A stretch of DNA of 64,000 nucleotides from an uncultured virus (IMG/VR IMGVR_UViG_2657245422_000003) (IMGVR_UViG_2657245422_000003:1-64000), one strand, 5' to 3'. Positions 9,119 through 18,103 are shown, counted from the stretch's first letter. The notes: generated by a model not told the origin, from the letters alone. Made by a program: numbers and translations.

Positions 9119-11140
9119 ATGAAGATGGAAAAAATGGCTGAATCGATAAATGTCTATCCGGGTAAACATACTTCTGTTAGAGAAGACCATTTTAGTCACC
9201 AAGAGAGAGATATAATTAATGTGTTGTCGAAAGAATTTTACGTTACGAACGGTGGAGGGATAATAACACTAACATCAAACAGTAAGTATAAATATATACT
9301 TTTACGCCCGACCGATATTTACATAGAAATGTTTAACCTCGATAGAGAGGTAATAGTTCTCTTTAGCGACTATACAAACTTCCAATCACGTACACTGGAT
9401 GCTTTTGAGCAGGCAGCGAAACAACTCTCATCTTTGAGAGTTGATAAAACCTGTTATATTTTGATAAGTAAAGATCTAAACATAGAAGAGAACATTAGTG
9501 AACTTATCAAAAAGGAGCCTGAAACAGCAAATATAGTTCCCTTCACATATGATGAAACGCAAAAAGCAAATTCCGATGGTTACTTTTTTAGAAACAGAGT
9601 TCAGAAATATTTATATAATCGAGATCTTTTTTCATTTGAAGCACCGTTGAAAAGTGATTGGCTTTTCTTCGGAAGAAATGAGATTATATTATCTACTATT
9701 AATCGCATGAAGGGGGGGAATAATTCTGGCATTTTCGGGCTGCGAAAAACTGGAAAAACGTCATTAATTAATGCCATATCCAGAAATCTACAAAAAAATG
9801 GTGAAATTGTTACAACCATAGACTGTCAAAGTCCATCTGTTAATAAAAGAAAATGGAACGAGGCTATCTATTATGTATGCAAGAAAACGAAAGACGATAA
9901 CTATCTTCAATCTTATCTTCCAGAAGAAATTGAATTTACTGAGAAGAATTCTGCTGACATTTTAGCGAAATTCGTCAGAGATGTTAATAATGAAAGAGGG
10001 AAGAAGTTATTTTTGATTTTCGATGAAATTGAGAATATTTCTAGAATTACATCTCCAACAGAACACTGGAGTAAAGGTTCTGATTTTCTTTATTTTTGGC
10101 AAACAATGAGAACAGTTTTTCAGACTGTAGGTATAAATTTAGCGTATTTGATTGTTGGCACAAATCCTTCATGCATAGAAACGCCTAGAATAGATAGTTC
10201 TGATAATCCACTGTTTAATCATTTCACGCCTACTTATCTTCCAGGTTTTGACATTCGCTCTACAAGAGACATGATAAGAAGAATCGGGAAAAGAATGGGG
10301 GTGAATTTTGAGGAAGCAATATATACAAATATCAACGAAGAATATGGTGGTCATCCGTTTCTTATTCGTCAAGTTTGTAGCATAATTGCAAGAAGGACTT
10401 TTAGTCAAAAAAAACCTATCAGCATAGGTAAGATTTCTTACAGGGATGCTGTAAAAGATTTTGGAGAAAATAGTTTTAATTACTTAGAAATGATTATAGG
10501 TGTGTTAAAAGAACACTATAGTGAGGAATATGAACTTCTCATTACTCTAGCAAATGAAGATAACGAAATTTTTAAAGAGAACTCTAGCAAAAAACAAAAT
10601 TCATTGGCACATCTTTTGGGTTACGGTATTTTAGGAAAAGATAACGATAGCTATTACTTTATCATTGATTCCATGAGGCGTTATCTGTTGGAAATAAACA
10701 AATACAGGAAAGTTGAAACAAATATAGAACAACGGTGGGCTGAAATATCTGAAAGACGAAATGCAGTTGAAAAAAAACTAAGAACAATAATAAAAACAAC
10801 TTTAAAGTCGATGTATGGAGAACAATTAGCGAAAGATGCAGTGCTTGACATATTGGGTAAACAAAGAAAACATGAATATATTTCTAAATCTATTAATGAG
10901 ATTTTTGACCCAAATTTATCTACAATTTACTTCGAAGATTTAAGGAAAATAATATCCAAAGAGTGGGGGTCATTTGAGAATATATTTGAAACCTCAAAAA
11001 AAGAAACTTTCGAGTCCCTGGGCTTTATAAATAAATATAGGTCAGATGCTCATGCTAAAGACATAACGCCTGATGAGTTTACTATATTCAGGCTTAGTAT
11101 TGAAAAGATTGAGAATGATATAGCGCGATATTTTTCCTAA
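9119..11140 (+). CDS. STAND-like P-loop ATPase with C-terminal Swt1/HEPN-like domain; candidate anti-phage protein
   Basis: FFGR, Walker A GLRKTGKTS, Walker B LFLIFDEIE, GGHPFLIR; C-terminal YFEDLRKII..EW..F..IF...YRSDAH; AT-rich. Confidence 0.75.
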   Translation: MKMEKMAESINVYPGKHTSVREDHFSHQERDIINVLSKEFYVTNGGGIITLTSNSKYKYILLRPTDIYIEMFNLDREVIVLFSDYTNFQSRTLDAFEQAAKQLSSLRVDKTCYILISKDLNIEENISELIKKEPETANIVPFTYDETQKANSDGYFFRNRVQKYLYNRDLFSFEAPLKSDWLFFGRNEIILSTINRMKGGNNSGIFGLRKTGKTSLINAISRNLQKNGEIVTTIDCQSPSVNKRKWNEAIYYVCKKTKDDNYLQSYLPEEIEFTEKNSADILAKFVRDVNNERGKKLFLIFDEIENISRITSPTEHWSKGSDFLYFWQTMRTVFQTVGINLAYLIVGTNPSCIETPRIDSSDNPLFNHFTPTYLPGFDIRSTRDMIRRIGKRMGVNFEEAIYTNINEEYGGHPFLIRQVCSIIARRTFSQKKPISIGKISYRDAVKDFGENSFNYLEMIIGVLKEHYSEEYELLITLANEDNEIFKENSSKKQNSLAHLLGYGILGKDNDSYYFIIDSMRRYLLEINKYRKVETNIEQRWAEISERRNAVEKKLRTIIKTTLKSMYGEQLAKDAVLDILGKQRKHEYISKSINEIFDPNLSTIYFEDLRKIISKEWGSFENIFETSKKETFESLGFINKYRSDAHAKDITPDEFTIFRLSIEKIENDIARYFS

Positions 11141-11146
11141 AGCCGA

Positions 11147-11177
11147 CCCCTTTTTTTGATTTTTAAAAAAAAGGGGG
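11147..11177 (+). terminator. Hairpin after the ATPase gene
   Basis: CCCCTTTTTTT...AAAAAAAGGGG inverted repeat just after stop. Confidence 0.5.
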
Positions 11178-11288
11178 CATACCTGATAGTCAATAAATTC
11201 TTTATGATTTTTCTACAGCTTTAACAATTTTAATTATAAATAAACTTCAACTTACATATAAATATCTATTGTTGCTTATTGATTTAGT

Positions 11289-11317
11289 ATGATCGCTCTG
11301 TGCCAATTGCAGACGTT
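11289..11317. repeat. Hairpin repeat, B orientation (degenerate)
   Basis: ATGATCGCT-CTGTGCCAAT-TGCAGAC-GTT. Confidence 0.65.
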
Positions 11318-11541
11318 GTTGCACTGCAAAAATATCTTGTCCGGATCAAGGTATCGCCACCACTTGTTAGGTGGATTAATCCGTATTTATAACAAATACA
11401 ATTCCCGGCTGTACCTATAAGCTGTTGTCAGTTATACAAAAGCGATGTAGTGTTCCACACATTAAATTTACAAACGTGGAAAAGTCCGTGTTTAGATACA
11501 GATTTTTCCGCTGAATAACCGCATATTTCCAAAGGTTTATC

Positions 11542-12507
11542 ATGAGTAAGTGGCTATTAGACAGGCTATTTGAAGCCGGTGATCAGGCAGAGCCCCGGTT
11601 TGCGTTTCAGGGGACTGTAAATTGGATGAGGGCCCTTGCCGAAGTCGTTAACGGTGGCGCTTGTTCCGATGATAAACTAAATGATTTATATGCTCGGGTA
11701 CAACGTAGACCTGTCAATCGTGAAGCTGATACGCTTGTGTTTGAGAACACAATGATGGCCTTACATAATCTGTCATCTTTGAAAAGTATGAATAAAGATG
11801 TCGAAGATAAATATGACATATGTCGTTCAGCTATTATTTCTTGGTATTACAGTATCTATTTTTCCGCTAGCGCGATGGTTGCAGCATCTTCTGGTTCTAT
11901 TCAAGAGACACATACAGCCACAGCAAAAGTTTGGCAGTCAGATATCGCGGAAAAAGAACTTATCCCATATCCATTTAATCTTCTTCTAACTAGTTTAGTT
12001 TCAAACACTGCTGATGCCGAGATTGCTGCATATAGAGGTGCTAACCGTTTCGACCTGAATGATAGAGCTTATGATAATGAAACTGCTCATGGTGCACTGG
12101 TTTCCTATCTAAAGGGGACTCATGGCTACAAAAAGTTGGAAACAGAAGAGAGGGTGAGAACTTCTCGTGATTTCAAAGCTCTTGGTGTTGACAACTTTCG
12201 CACGAAAGCTGCTCGCAAAGTTCGCGATCACGCACTAGAAAAAGGACAAGTTAATTTCCTTATTCAGGCGTTTAGATACCGTGGTAAAGCGAACTATCGT
12301 GACTCTATATTTTTATCCTACGGTGACAACAACGAAGCTATTATAGAAGAATTTATCCAAGATTTGTATGACGTCGCTATTGGCTTCATTAGGGCTACTT
12401 CGCATTATTGCAGTCGAAGAGTCGAGAGAGGTACGTGGGCTGAGTTTGTCGAGGATATTTCTGATAACTCAAGGTTGTCTATTGACTCTGTCGTGCTTGA
12501 AATATAA
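11542..12507 (+). CDS. HEPN-like protein, probable former integron cassette gene
   Basis: AIISWYYSIYFSASAM and YRGKANY resemble the two halves of a HEPN domain; stop codon lies in the attC R'' box. Confidence 0.6.
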   Translation: MSKWLLDRLFEAGDQAEPRFAFQGTVNWMRALAEVVNGGACSDDKLNDLYARVQRRPVNREADTLVFENTMMALHNLSSLKSMNKDVEDKYDICRSAIISWYYSIYFSASAMVAASSGSIQETHTATAKVWQSDIAEKELIPYPFNLLLTSLVSNTADAEIAAYRGANRFDLNDRAYDNETAHGALVSYLKGTHGYKKLETEERVRTSRDFKALGVDNFRTKAARKVRDHALEKGQVNFLIQAFRYRGKANYRDSIFLSYGDNNEAIIEEFIQDLYDVAIGFIRATSHYCSRRVERGTWAEFVEDISDNSRLSIDSVVLEI

Positions 12508-12627
12508 CAAACAATTTAAGAATGGCTCAGCACGCTTGGCATTTTCAGTTTGGTTCAAATTTAGTGATTAAGGTATTCAAATTGAGTATGGTGAATACGT
12601 GCTTCACACTTTAATTGGGCGTTAATG
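12502..12627 (+). other. Integron attC-like site (Vibrio-repeat type, 126 bp)
   Basis: ATATAAC (12502) ... CAATTTAAG pairing with TTTAATTG, AGCACG (12529) with CGTGCT (12598) ... GGGC-GTTAATG (12621). Confidence 0.8.
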
Positions 12628-12695
12628 CCCGCTTTTCGCTCACCGCGGACCTTTAGCGCAGTGAGCTTGTCCGCTCAGTGCCAGGAGCAGATGTT
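12625..12695. repeat. Inverted hairpin pair A+B
   Basis: GCCCGCT-TTTCGCTCAC-CGCGGAC (12627) and GTCCGCT-CAGTGCCAGG-AGCAGAT (12669), 42 bp apart. Confidence 0.8.
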
Positions 12696-12787
12696 GCTAT
12701 GTTGTGGTGCGTTAATCAAGCGTACGGCCAAGAAAAATGCGGGAAGAAAAAGGCCGCTAATGCGACCCAAATTGAACAAGAAGTCAG

Positions 12788-13960
12788 CTATTGATATTGA
12801 GAAAGATACTCTGCAACTCCATTCGCCGGATTTAGTCCACCGGTATAGACTGTTCCTAGTTCTTGAGGCGTAACATATGTGGTAGGCCATATAACCATAT
12901 CTTTAAAATAGTTATCTATTTTAATTCTTGTGAGCTCTTTAAAAAGATAATCATCTAATTCATTTCGTTTTAAACAATTAACATAATAAGCTGCCGCACT
13001 TGCTACTATATCTGCGATTTGTAGTTGAGGATATTCTTGCGATGAATGGAATGTCAAAGAGCGAGCTTTAATTGGTAACTCAAAAGTCCTTCTATCATAT
13101 CCATATACCTCCGTAATTTTTGACATATCCATAAATTTATTAAAAATATCTTGTTGTTCTGTAATCGCTTTGGAATCGTCATGCTTAATATAAAAACCGT
13201 TGGGATATAATTTACCCCATTCTATACAGTGCTTGAAGAGAGAGGGTATGGAAGGATCTAGTGTATTTTTTTCAACATCTTCTAGAATGTCATCAATTTC
13301 ATTTTTGGTAATGCTAATTCTATTGATTGTGTCTACAAACCTTTGGTCGCTTGAACATGCCTTTAGCTCATCAACTGACGTGTAAAATTCATCAATAGAT
13401 TCAGGGGTTTGATTTCTAATCATGCTCATAAATTTTTGATACATTTTATCTGTTTTCTCCTCTCCACAGAAAGCTGGAAAACAGAAATAATAAACATTAG
13501 ATAGAGCAAGATTCTGCCCATTTTTATAAAGATCTAACCCTCGATTGAAACACCATGCTTCGATTAAAATATCAACAATTTTTGTTGTTAACATATACTT
13601 TTTATCGACCAAAAAGATTTTGACATTTTCTTCATTGACGTACTTGCTTTCAAGAAGTCTAATAATTCCATCCTGGCCTGATTTTCTACGTCTAAGAGTT
13701 TTAAAGTGAGCTTCTGCTGGTGACTTGCTTCCAGTTAGCTCTAATGCTTTAAGTGCGTCTGGTTTATTAATGCTACTTGAACTTAAGGTGAAAAAAGGTT
13801 GTGTTGAATCAAGTAAATTTCCGCCGGTATTACCCGACTCATCAAAGAATATATCAGGTTTTATGTACATCATTTTATTTTTCTTTGCAGTTAACTCTCT
13901 TATTTTTTCGTTTTTCTGCTTTTTCTTATTCACGCGTCTACTTTGACTATTCTTACCCAT
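12788..13960 (-). CDS. DUF3800-like (RNase H-like fold) protein
   Basis: IFFDESGNTG near the N-terminus, LQIADIVA near the C-terminus; AGGAGG RBS; AT-rich. Confidence 0.75.
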   Translation of the reverse strand: MGKNSQSRRVNKKKQKNEKIRELTAKKNKMMYIKPDIFFDESGNTGGNLLDSTQPFFTLSSSSINKPDALKALELTGSKSPAEAHFKTLRRRKSGQDGIIRLLESKYVNEENVKIFLVDKKYMLTTKIVDILIEAWCFNRGLDLYKNGQNLALSNVYYFCFPAFCGEEKTDKMYQKFMSMIRNQTPESIDEFYTSVDELKACSSDQRFVDTINRISITKNEIDDILEDVEKNTLDPSIPSLFKHCIEWGKLYPNGFYIKHDDSKAITEQQDIFNKFMDMSKITEVYGYDRRTFELPIKARSLTFHSSQEYPQLQIADIVASAAAYYVNCLKRNELDDYLFKELTRIKIDNYFKDMVIWPTTYVTPQELGTVYTGGLNPANGVAEYLSQYQ

Positions 13961-14105
13961 AATACCTCCTGATTAATTTGGAACAAGAATGTTAATTTAA
14001 GGCATTAATAACATAGAGGTGATAATATCACTTAATACAAGTTTAATTCTATATTTTACATCAAGCTTGACTCACTATTTTTTTGATAAGAGTAAAATAG
14101 TGAGG

Positions 14106-14176
14106 ATGTCCGCAATTCGCTCGAAGCAGACCTTCATCCCATTCAGATTGTCCGCTCTGTGCCAAGAGCGGAATCT
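14106..14176. repeat. Inverted hairpin pair A+B
   Basis: GTCCGCA-ATTCGCTCGA-AGCAGAC (14108) and GTCCGCT-CTGTGCCAAG-AGCGGAA (14150), 42 bp apart. Confidence 0.8.
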
Positions 14177-14347
14177 GGAACGCCAGAGGTAGCAACGTTT
14201 CTTATCAAAGGTGTTGATCACCACAAAAATGACTGTATCCCTATGATAGCGGATTTCGTCCTTTATGGAGAAAAGATCAATCTAAACATGAGCATGGGTT
14301 AGCGAAAAGTGGCATTAAACGCTTGAACATTTCACCTAACAAGTATA

Positions 14348-14363
14348 CTGTTTATTTATACAG
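14348..14363. promoter_or_regulatory. LexA (SOS) box
   Basis: TA-CTGTTTATTTATACAG-TA, CTG-N10-CAG, just upstream of dinI-like gene. Confidence 0.9.
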
Positions 14364-14384
14364 TACTTGCGTGAGGAGCTAGTT

Positions 14385-14618
14385 ATGAAAGTGGAAATCA
14401 CAATTGATCGCCAAAAAAAATTGCCGGATGACGCTGTGCCTGCTCTGGAGAAGGAGCTACTGCGGCGATTGGATCAACACTTTAATAACTGCAGTCTTGT
14501 GATTCGTCGGGCCAGCTCTGATAGGTTGACCGTGCTTGGTGGAATGGACGGAGATAAAAAACGTGTAGAGGAAATCCTGCAGGACACCTGGGAAAGCGCT
14601 GATGACTGGTTCTGTTAA
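14385..14618 (+). CDS. dinI: DinI-family protein
   Basis: MKVEITID...ALEKELLRRL...VEEILQDTWESADDWF; GAGGAG RBS. Confidence 0.9.
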   Translation: MKVEITIDRQKKLPDDAVPALEKELLRRLDQHFNNCSLVIRRASSDRLTVLGGMDGDKKRVEEILQDTWESADDWFC

Positions 14619-14662
14619 GTTGAGGTCCAGTAGCTTGCCTGGTTTATTTTGAGGATTTTGCT

Positions 14663-14920
14663 GTGAGTAAAAAACAAGAAATGCCGAACACCGGCTATGC
14701 AATTATCAGATGCGACGATGGGGTGATCGTTGCTCGTCTTACATCCTTTCCTGTGTGTGAGCGCGCTTTAATGTACCGGCGCGGCGACACTGTTTCGTTT
14801 ATGCCTTTGCAGCCGGATGAGATCGTGGGGACTCTCTCTCTTTTTTCACAGATGATTGAAAAGGCTAAGTCTGGAGTTGGTTACCAGGTTCCCCCTGGTT
14901 CTGTTACAATCCCGTCATAG
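14663..14920 (+). CDS. Hypothetical protein, antirepressor candidate
   Basis: 85 aa; second gene of the SOS-boxed operon; function from position only. Confidence 0.5.
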   Translation: MSKKQEMPNTGYAIIRCDDGVIVARLTSFPVCERALMYRRGDTVSFMPLQPDEIVGTLSLFSQMIEKAKSGVGYQVPPGSVTIPS

Positions 14921-14960
14921 GCCTGAACAACCTATACCTGCTGCGTCGCGGAGAGAAACC

Positions 14961-15353
14961 ATGACGCAAACCCCCGAAGTATCAAAACCCCATCAGACTG
15001 GTGCTCCTTCATCGAGCGCCGGTTTGCTTTCGTGTTCAAAACTAACTTTTCGACAGCAGGAAGTTTTCGATCTGCTGGTGGCCTACATCAATCAGCATGG
15101 CTACCCACCTACGCTATCTGAGCTGGCCGATATGCTCGGCGTTAGCTCGTCTAATGCTGTCCTGTTGCATCTGCGTGCGTTAGAGAGAAAAAATTTTATA
15201 AAACTCTCTCGCCGTGTCTCCAGAGGAATTTCCATCGTCGGGCGAAAGGAGCCTATGCTCGCCGTGCAGCTGCTGCAGGAAATGATCGCTGAAGAACCCG
15301 GCGCGCGTGAAAGAGCGATTGAGTTTTTGCGACTGTTCGGTGATCAGCCATGA
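14961..15353 (+). CDS. LexA N-terminal DNA-binding-domain protein (no peptidase domain)
   Basis: LTFRQQEVFDLL...GYPPTLSELADMLGVSSSNAVLLHLRALERK...SRGI. Confidence 0.85.
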   Translation: MTQTPEVSKPHQTGAPSSSAGLLSCSKLTFRQQEVFDLLVAYINQHGYPPTLSELADMLGVSSSNAVLLHLRALERKNFIKLSRRVSRGISIVGRKEPMLAVQLLQEMIAEEPGARERAIEFLRLFGDQP

Positions 15354-15553
15354 AGAAAAGTTGGTTTTTACACGAGCAACTTTCAGAGGCTGAGGCTACA
15401 GAGCTGGTGGAGCGATACCGTAAAAATAACTGTGTGGTTGAGAAGAGCTTGTCCAGAGACTTTGCATCGTGGGAGATCCGCGTGTTGTTGCCGGAATCGA
15501 AGAAGCCGCCACGGATTGACAGGACCTACATACAGAAGATGTGGAGGGACTGA
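15350..15553 (+). CDS. Small prophage hypothetical protein
   Basis: 67 aa, overlapping start/stop with both neighbours. Confidence 0.65.
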   Translation: MKKSWFLHEQLSEAEATELVERYRKNNCVVEKSLSRDFASWEIRVLLPESKKPPRIDRTYIQKMWRD

Positions 15554-16584
15554 TGCGAGCTTTGCTTAACGTGGATATTGCACGCCATCTTGGAATTGTG
15601 CTGCTTAAGCCGGGTAGTGAATTAATGCCGTTATTCGGTGCCGGCCGAGTTCTTGTTGAAATACCGCCGGCAAGCATGAAAAAGATACCCAGTGGACGTC
15701 TTCCTGATGCCCGGCAGCCATTGCGGGATGATATAGGGATCAGACCTTTTTTCATGAAGAAGGCAGTTATCACTGCAGCTGGTGGGGTTAGTGCCCTCGA
15801 GTCATGGTTGCGTAGGCAGGTTAAAAACTGTCAGTGGACACATTCCGATTACCATCACCATGAGCTCGTCCCGTTTCGCCATTCGACGGGTGTAATAATC
15901 GCATGCTGGCACTGTGATAATGAGCTGAAAAACCAAACGGAACAAACCCTCGATCAACTGGTAGGTGTTAATAACGCTGACTGGGTAATCGACACTGCCC
16001 GCATCGCGCTTGGCCTGGACGCTCAGCGGGCACTGTCACTGGCAGAGTTATGCTGGTGGGCGGTAGGCGCCGGGATTGGCGATGAAATTACAGAAGAAAT
16101 GGCGCGCCGATCCCTGCGTATTAAAGACGATGGGATTAAATCGGTTTACAGGGAGAGTGAGATTGTTCCGTCGGTACCGGCCACCAGCATTCTTTCTCCC
16201 CGTCTCGAAAAAGCAATCAGGCCAACGGCAAAAACAACGCCGGGCAAACCTCTGGTTCCTGTGAACGTCGATCCTGTTGCACCGGCGACACTATTCGCGA
16301 GACCTAAGCGGAGCCGATGGTTATCAGCTGACTTTATCTCATGGGTTAAAAAACAGCCGTGTATGTGCTGTGGGCAGCCTGCAGATGATGCACATCATCT
16401 TATTGGCTGGGGGCAGGGCGGCGTAGGCACCAAGGCCCACGATATTTTTACGATCCCATTATGCCGCAAGCACCACCGCACTTTGCACCATGACCCTGCC
16501 GCTTTTGAGCGTGAATACGGCACCCAGCCGGTATTAATTATTAAATTGCTGGACCGGGCATACGCGCTCGGCGTTCTGGCGTAG
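15553..16584 (+). CDS. DUF968 (YdfU-like) protein with C-terminal HNH-like zinc motif
   Basis: CWHCD; PCMCCG..ADDAHH...KAHD..TIPLCRKHH..LH. Confidence 0.8.
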   Translation: MRALLNVDIARHLGIVLLKPGSELMPLFGAGRVLVEIPPASMKKIPSGRLPDARQPLRDDIGIRPFFMKKAVITAAGGVSALESWLRRQVKNCQWTHSDYHHHELVPFRHSTGVIIACWHCDNELKNQTEQTLDQLVGVNNADWVIDTARIALGLDAQRALSLAELCWWAVGAGIGDEITEEMARRSLRIKDDGIKSVYRESEIVPSVPATSILSPRLEKAIRPTAKTTPGKPLVPVNVDPVAPATLFARPKRSRWLSADFISWVKKQPCMCCGQPADDAHHLIGWGQGGVGTKAHDIFTIPLCRKHHRTLHHDPAAFEREYGTQPVLIIKLLDRAYALGVLA

Positions 16585-16600
16585 TAAGGAGAAGAACAGA

Positions 16601-17203
16601 ATGACACCACGTCAACGCCGTCTACACCGTGCAGGATTAGAAACAGTGGCCGCCGCCCCGCGCAAAAGCTGGCTGGGCCGATTCACTCCCCTTAATGGCA
16701 TTCAGTCCGCCTGGATAAAATCTCTGCTTACTGTATGGGGAGAAGGTATGAGAGGAGGTGCGGCCCCGCGCAAACCATCAGGACATTCATGCTGGCGAGG
16801 TATGAAGGGTGATCACTGGTCAGATAGAGCATTAGAGCGCTTTACGGCAGCAATCGAGCAGGCAAGGAGTGAAGGCTATCGCGGGCGGCAGGCACTAAGC
16901 AGGGCGCATGCCATTTTGTGGCCAAAACCTCCAACTGTCGCCATTGACGCTGCGATCACTGAGGATGATGTTGAATTTGTTGAACGATGTGTACTGGCGA
17001 TATTTGAAACGGGTGATCCTGTTTATCTCGTTGGCGTTAACTATTACACCACCCGCAAAAAAATCTCAGACATAACACGGGAAATACAGCTGGTGGCTCC
17101 ATGGTTAACAGACAGTGAGGCCCGGAAAAGAGTGCGCTGGTGCCTTGAAATATTCAGAGCAAAAGCTTTCCTTTCTGTTCATAAGGCGATTCATGCGAAT
17201 TAG
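16601..17203 (+). CDS. Late antiterminator Q-like protein
   Basis: 200 aa, last gene before the late leader and lysis genes; RKRVRWCL C-terminal helix. Confidence 0.65.
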   Translation: MTPRQRRLHRAGLETVAAAPRKSWLGRFTPLNGIQSAWIKSLLTVWGEGMRGGAAPRKPSGHSCWRGMKGDHWSDRALERFTAAIEQARSEGYRGRQALSRAHAILWPKPPTVAIDAAITEDDVEFVERCVLAIFETGDPVYLVGVNYYTTRKKISDITREIQLVAPWLTDSEARKRVRWCLEIFRAKAFLSVHKAIHAN

Positions 17204-17326
17204 CAAAAAGTGCTATGTTGCCTTTTGGGTATTGAAAATGGGCCAGAAAGTTAGATAATCAATTCATGCTTGGCAGAGCTGCGCCACTCGGCAGCGACAA
17301 AAAGCGACAATCTGAATATAATGAAG

Positions 17327-17348
17327 ACCCCGCCCGTGCGGGGTTTTT
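17327..17348 (+). terminator. tR'-like intrinsic terminator
   Basis: ACCCCGC-CCGT-GCGGGGT-TTTT downstream of Q. Confidence 0.7.
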
Positions 17349-17446
17349 GCTTTCCGGCGATACGACAGGGGTATTCGCGAGATGCGCTGCATCAATACCC
17401 CTGTCATATCGTCGTATTGCATACGCAATCTCACATGCTTCAGCAT

Positions 17447-17650
17447 TCACCGAGGATTTTTAGTGATTTTTTTGAAGATCTCTAGGGCTTCGGTTGTTAA
17501 CTGATCATGTTCGCTAAAGTAACTGTCACATGCTGCCTGCTTTTGAGCAGGGGATAGATTAGGGTTGCTTGTTAATTCAGCAGTTTTAGCTGCTATTTCT
17601 GCCAAACGTTCAAAAATCTCTGAAATTCTTTGGTTTTCAGTAGATAGCAT
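17447..17650 (-). CDS. Hypothetical protein (moron)
   Basis: 67 aa, GAGG RBS, counter-oriented in late leader. Confidence 0.5.
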   Translation of the reverse strand: MLSTENQRISEIFERLAEIAAKTAELTSNPNLSPAQKQAACDSYFSEHDQLTTEALEIFKKITKNPR

Positions 17651-18103
17651 TTTACTTACCTCGCATTTACCTGATATCAGTGAGTGCTACATAGAGTCAG
17701 GGCTTCGCAATAGCTTTAAGTATTAGAATGCATACAATTTAAGTGGGCGTTGTTGGCTTATATTATGGCAGAGGCGCTGGCGGTATGGTCAGATATTGAC
17801 ACTTTGAATGTTTGCATCATAAATTATTGAGGTGGTGAATCCCCCTATGCGGAGGGGCGACCAGTCAGTTACAGAAACCTGTAAATGCAGCGCGGGCCAT
17901 GCCGACTGGGGCATGCTCACCGGGAGGCACCCGGCACCACACTGTCACTAAGCATATTGAATATTTCATAGTGGGTTTACTTTTGCGGTTGCCCTTCTAT
18001 GTTTATAGAACGTAACGGCAAAAGTGAATGCTTCCTGGTAAATCGGTAGCTCGGACTATTAGGAGTTCCTTCGTTTCGTTACTACCTAGAATGCCTACTT
18101 TCT

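Noticed and set aside
11243..11275. Missing A-type hairpin upstream of the 11289 copy
   Set aside because: Only a faint ACTTC..CTT resemblance; no stem can be formed.
8654..14176. Hairpin repeats as a CRISPR array
   Set aside because: Repeats are degenerate, separated by whole genes or in inverted pairs, and no cas genes are present.
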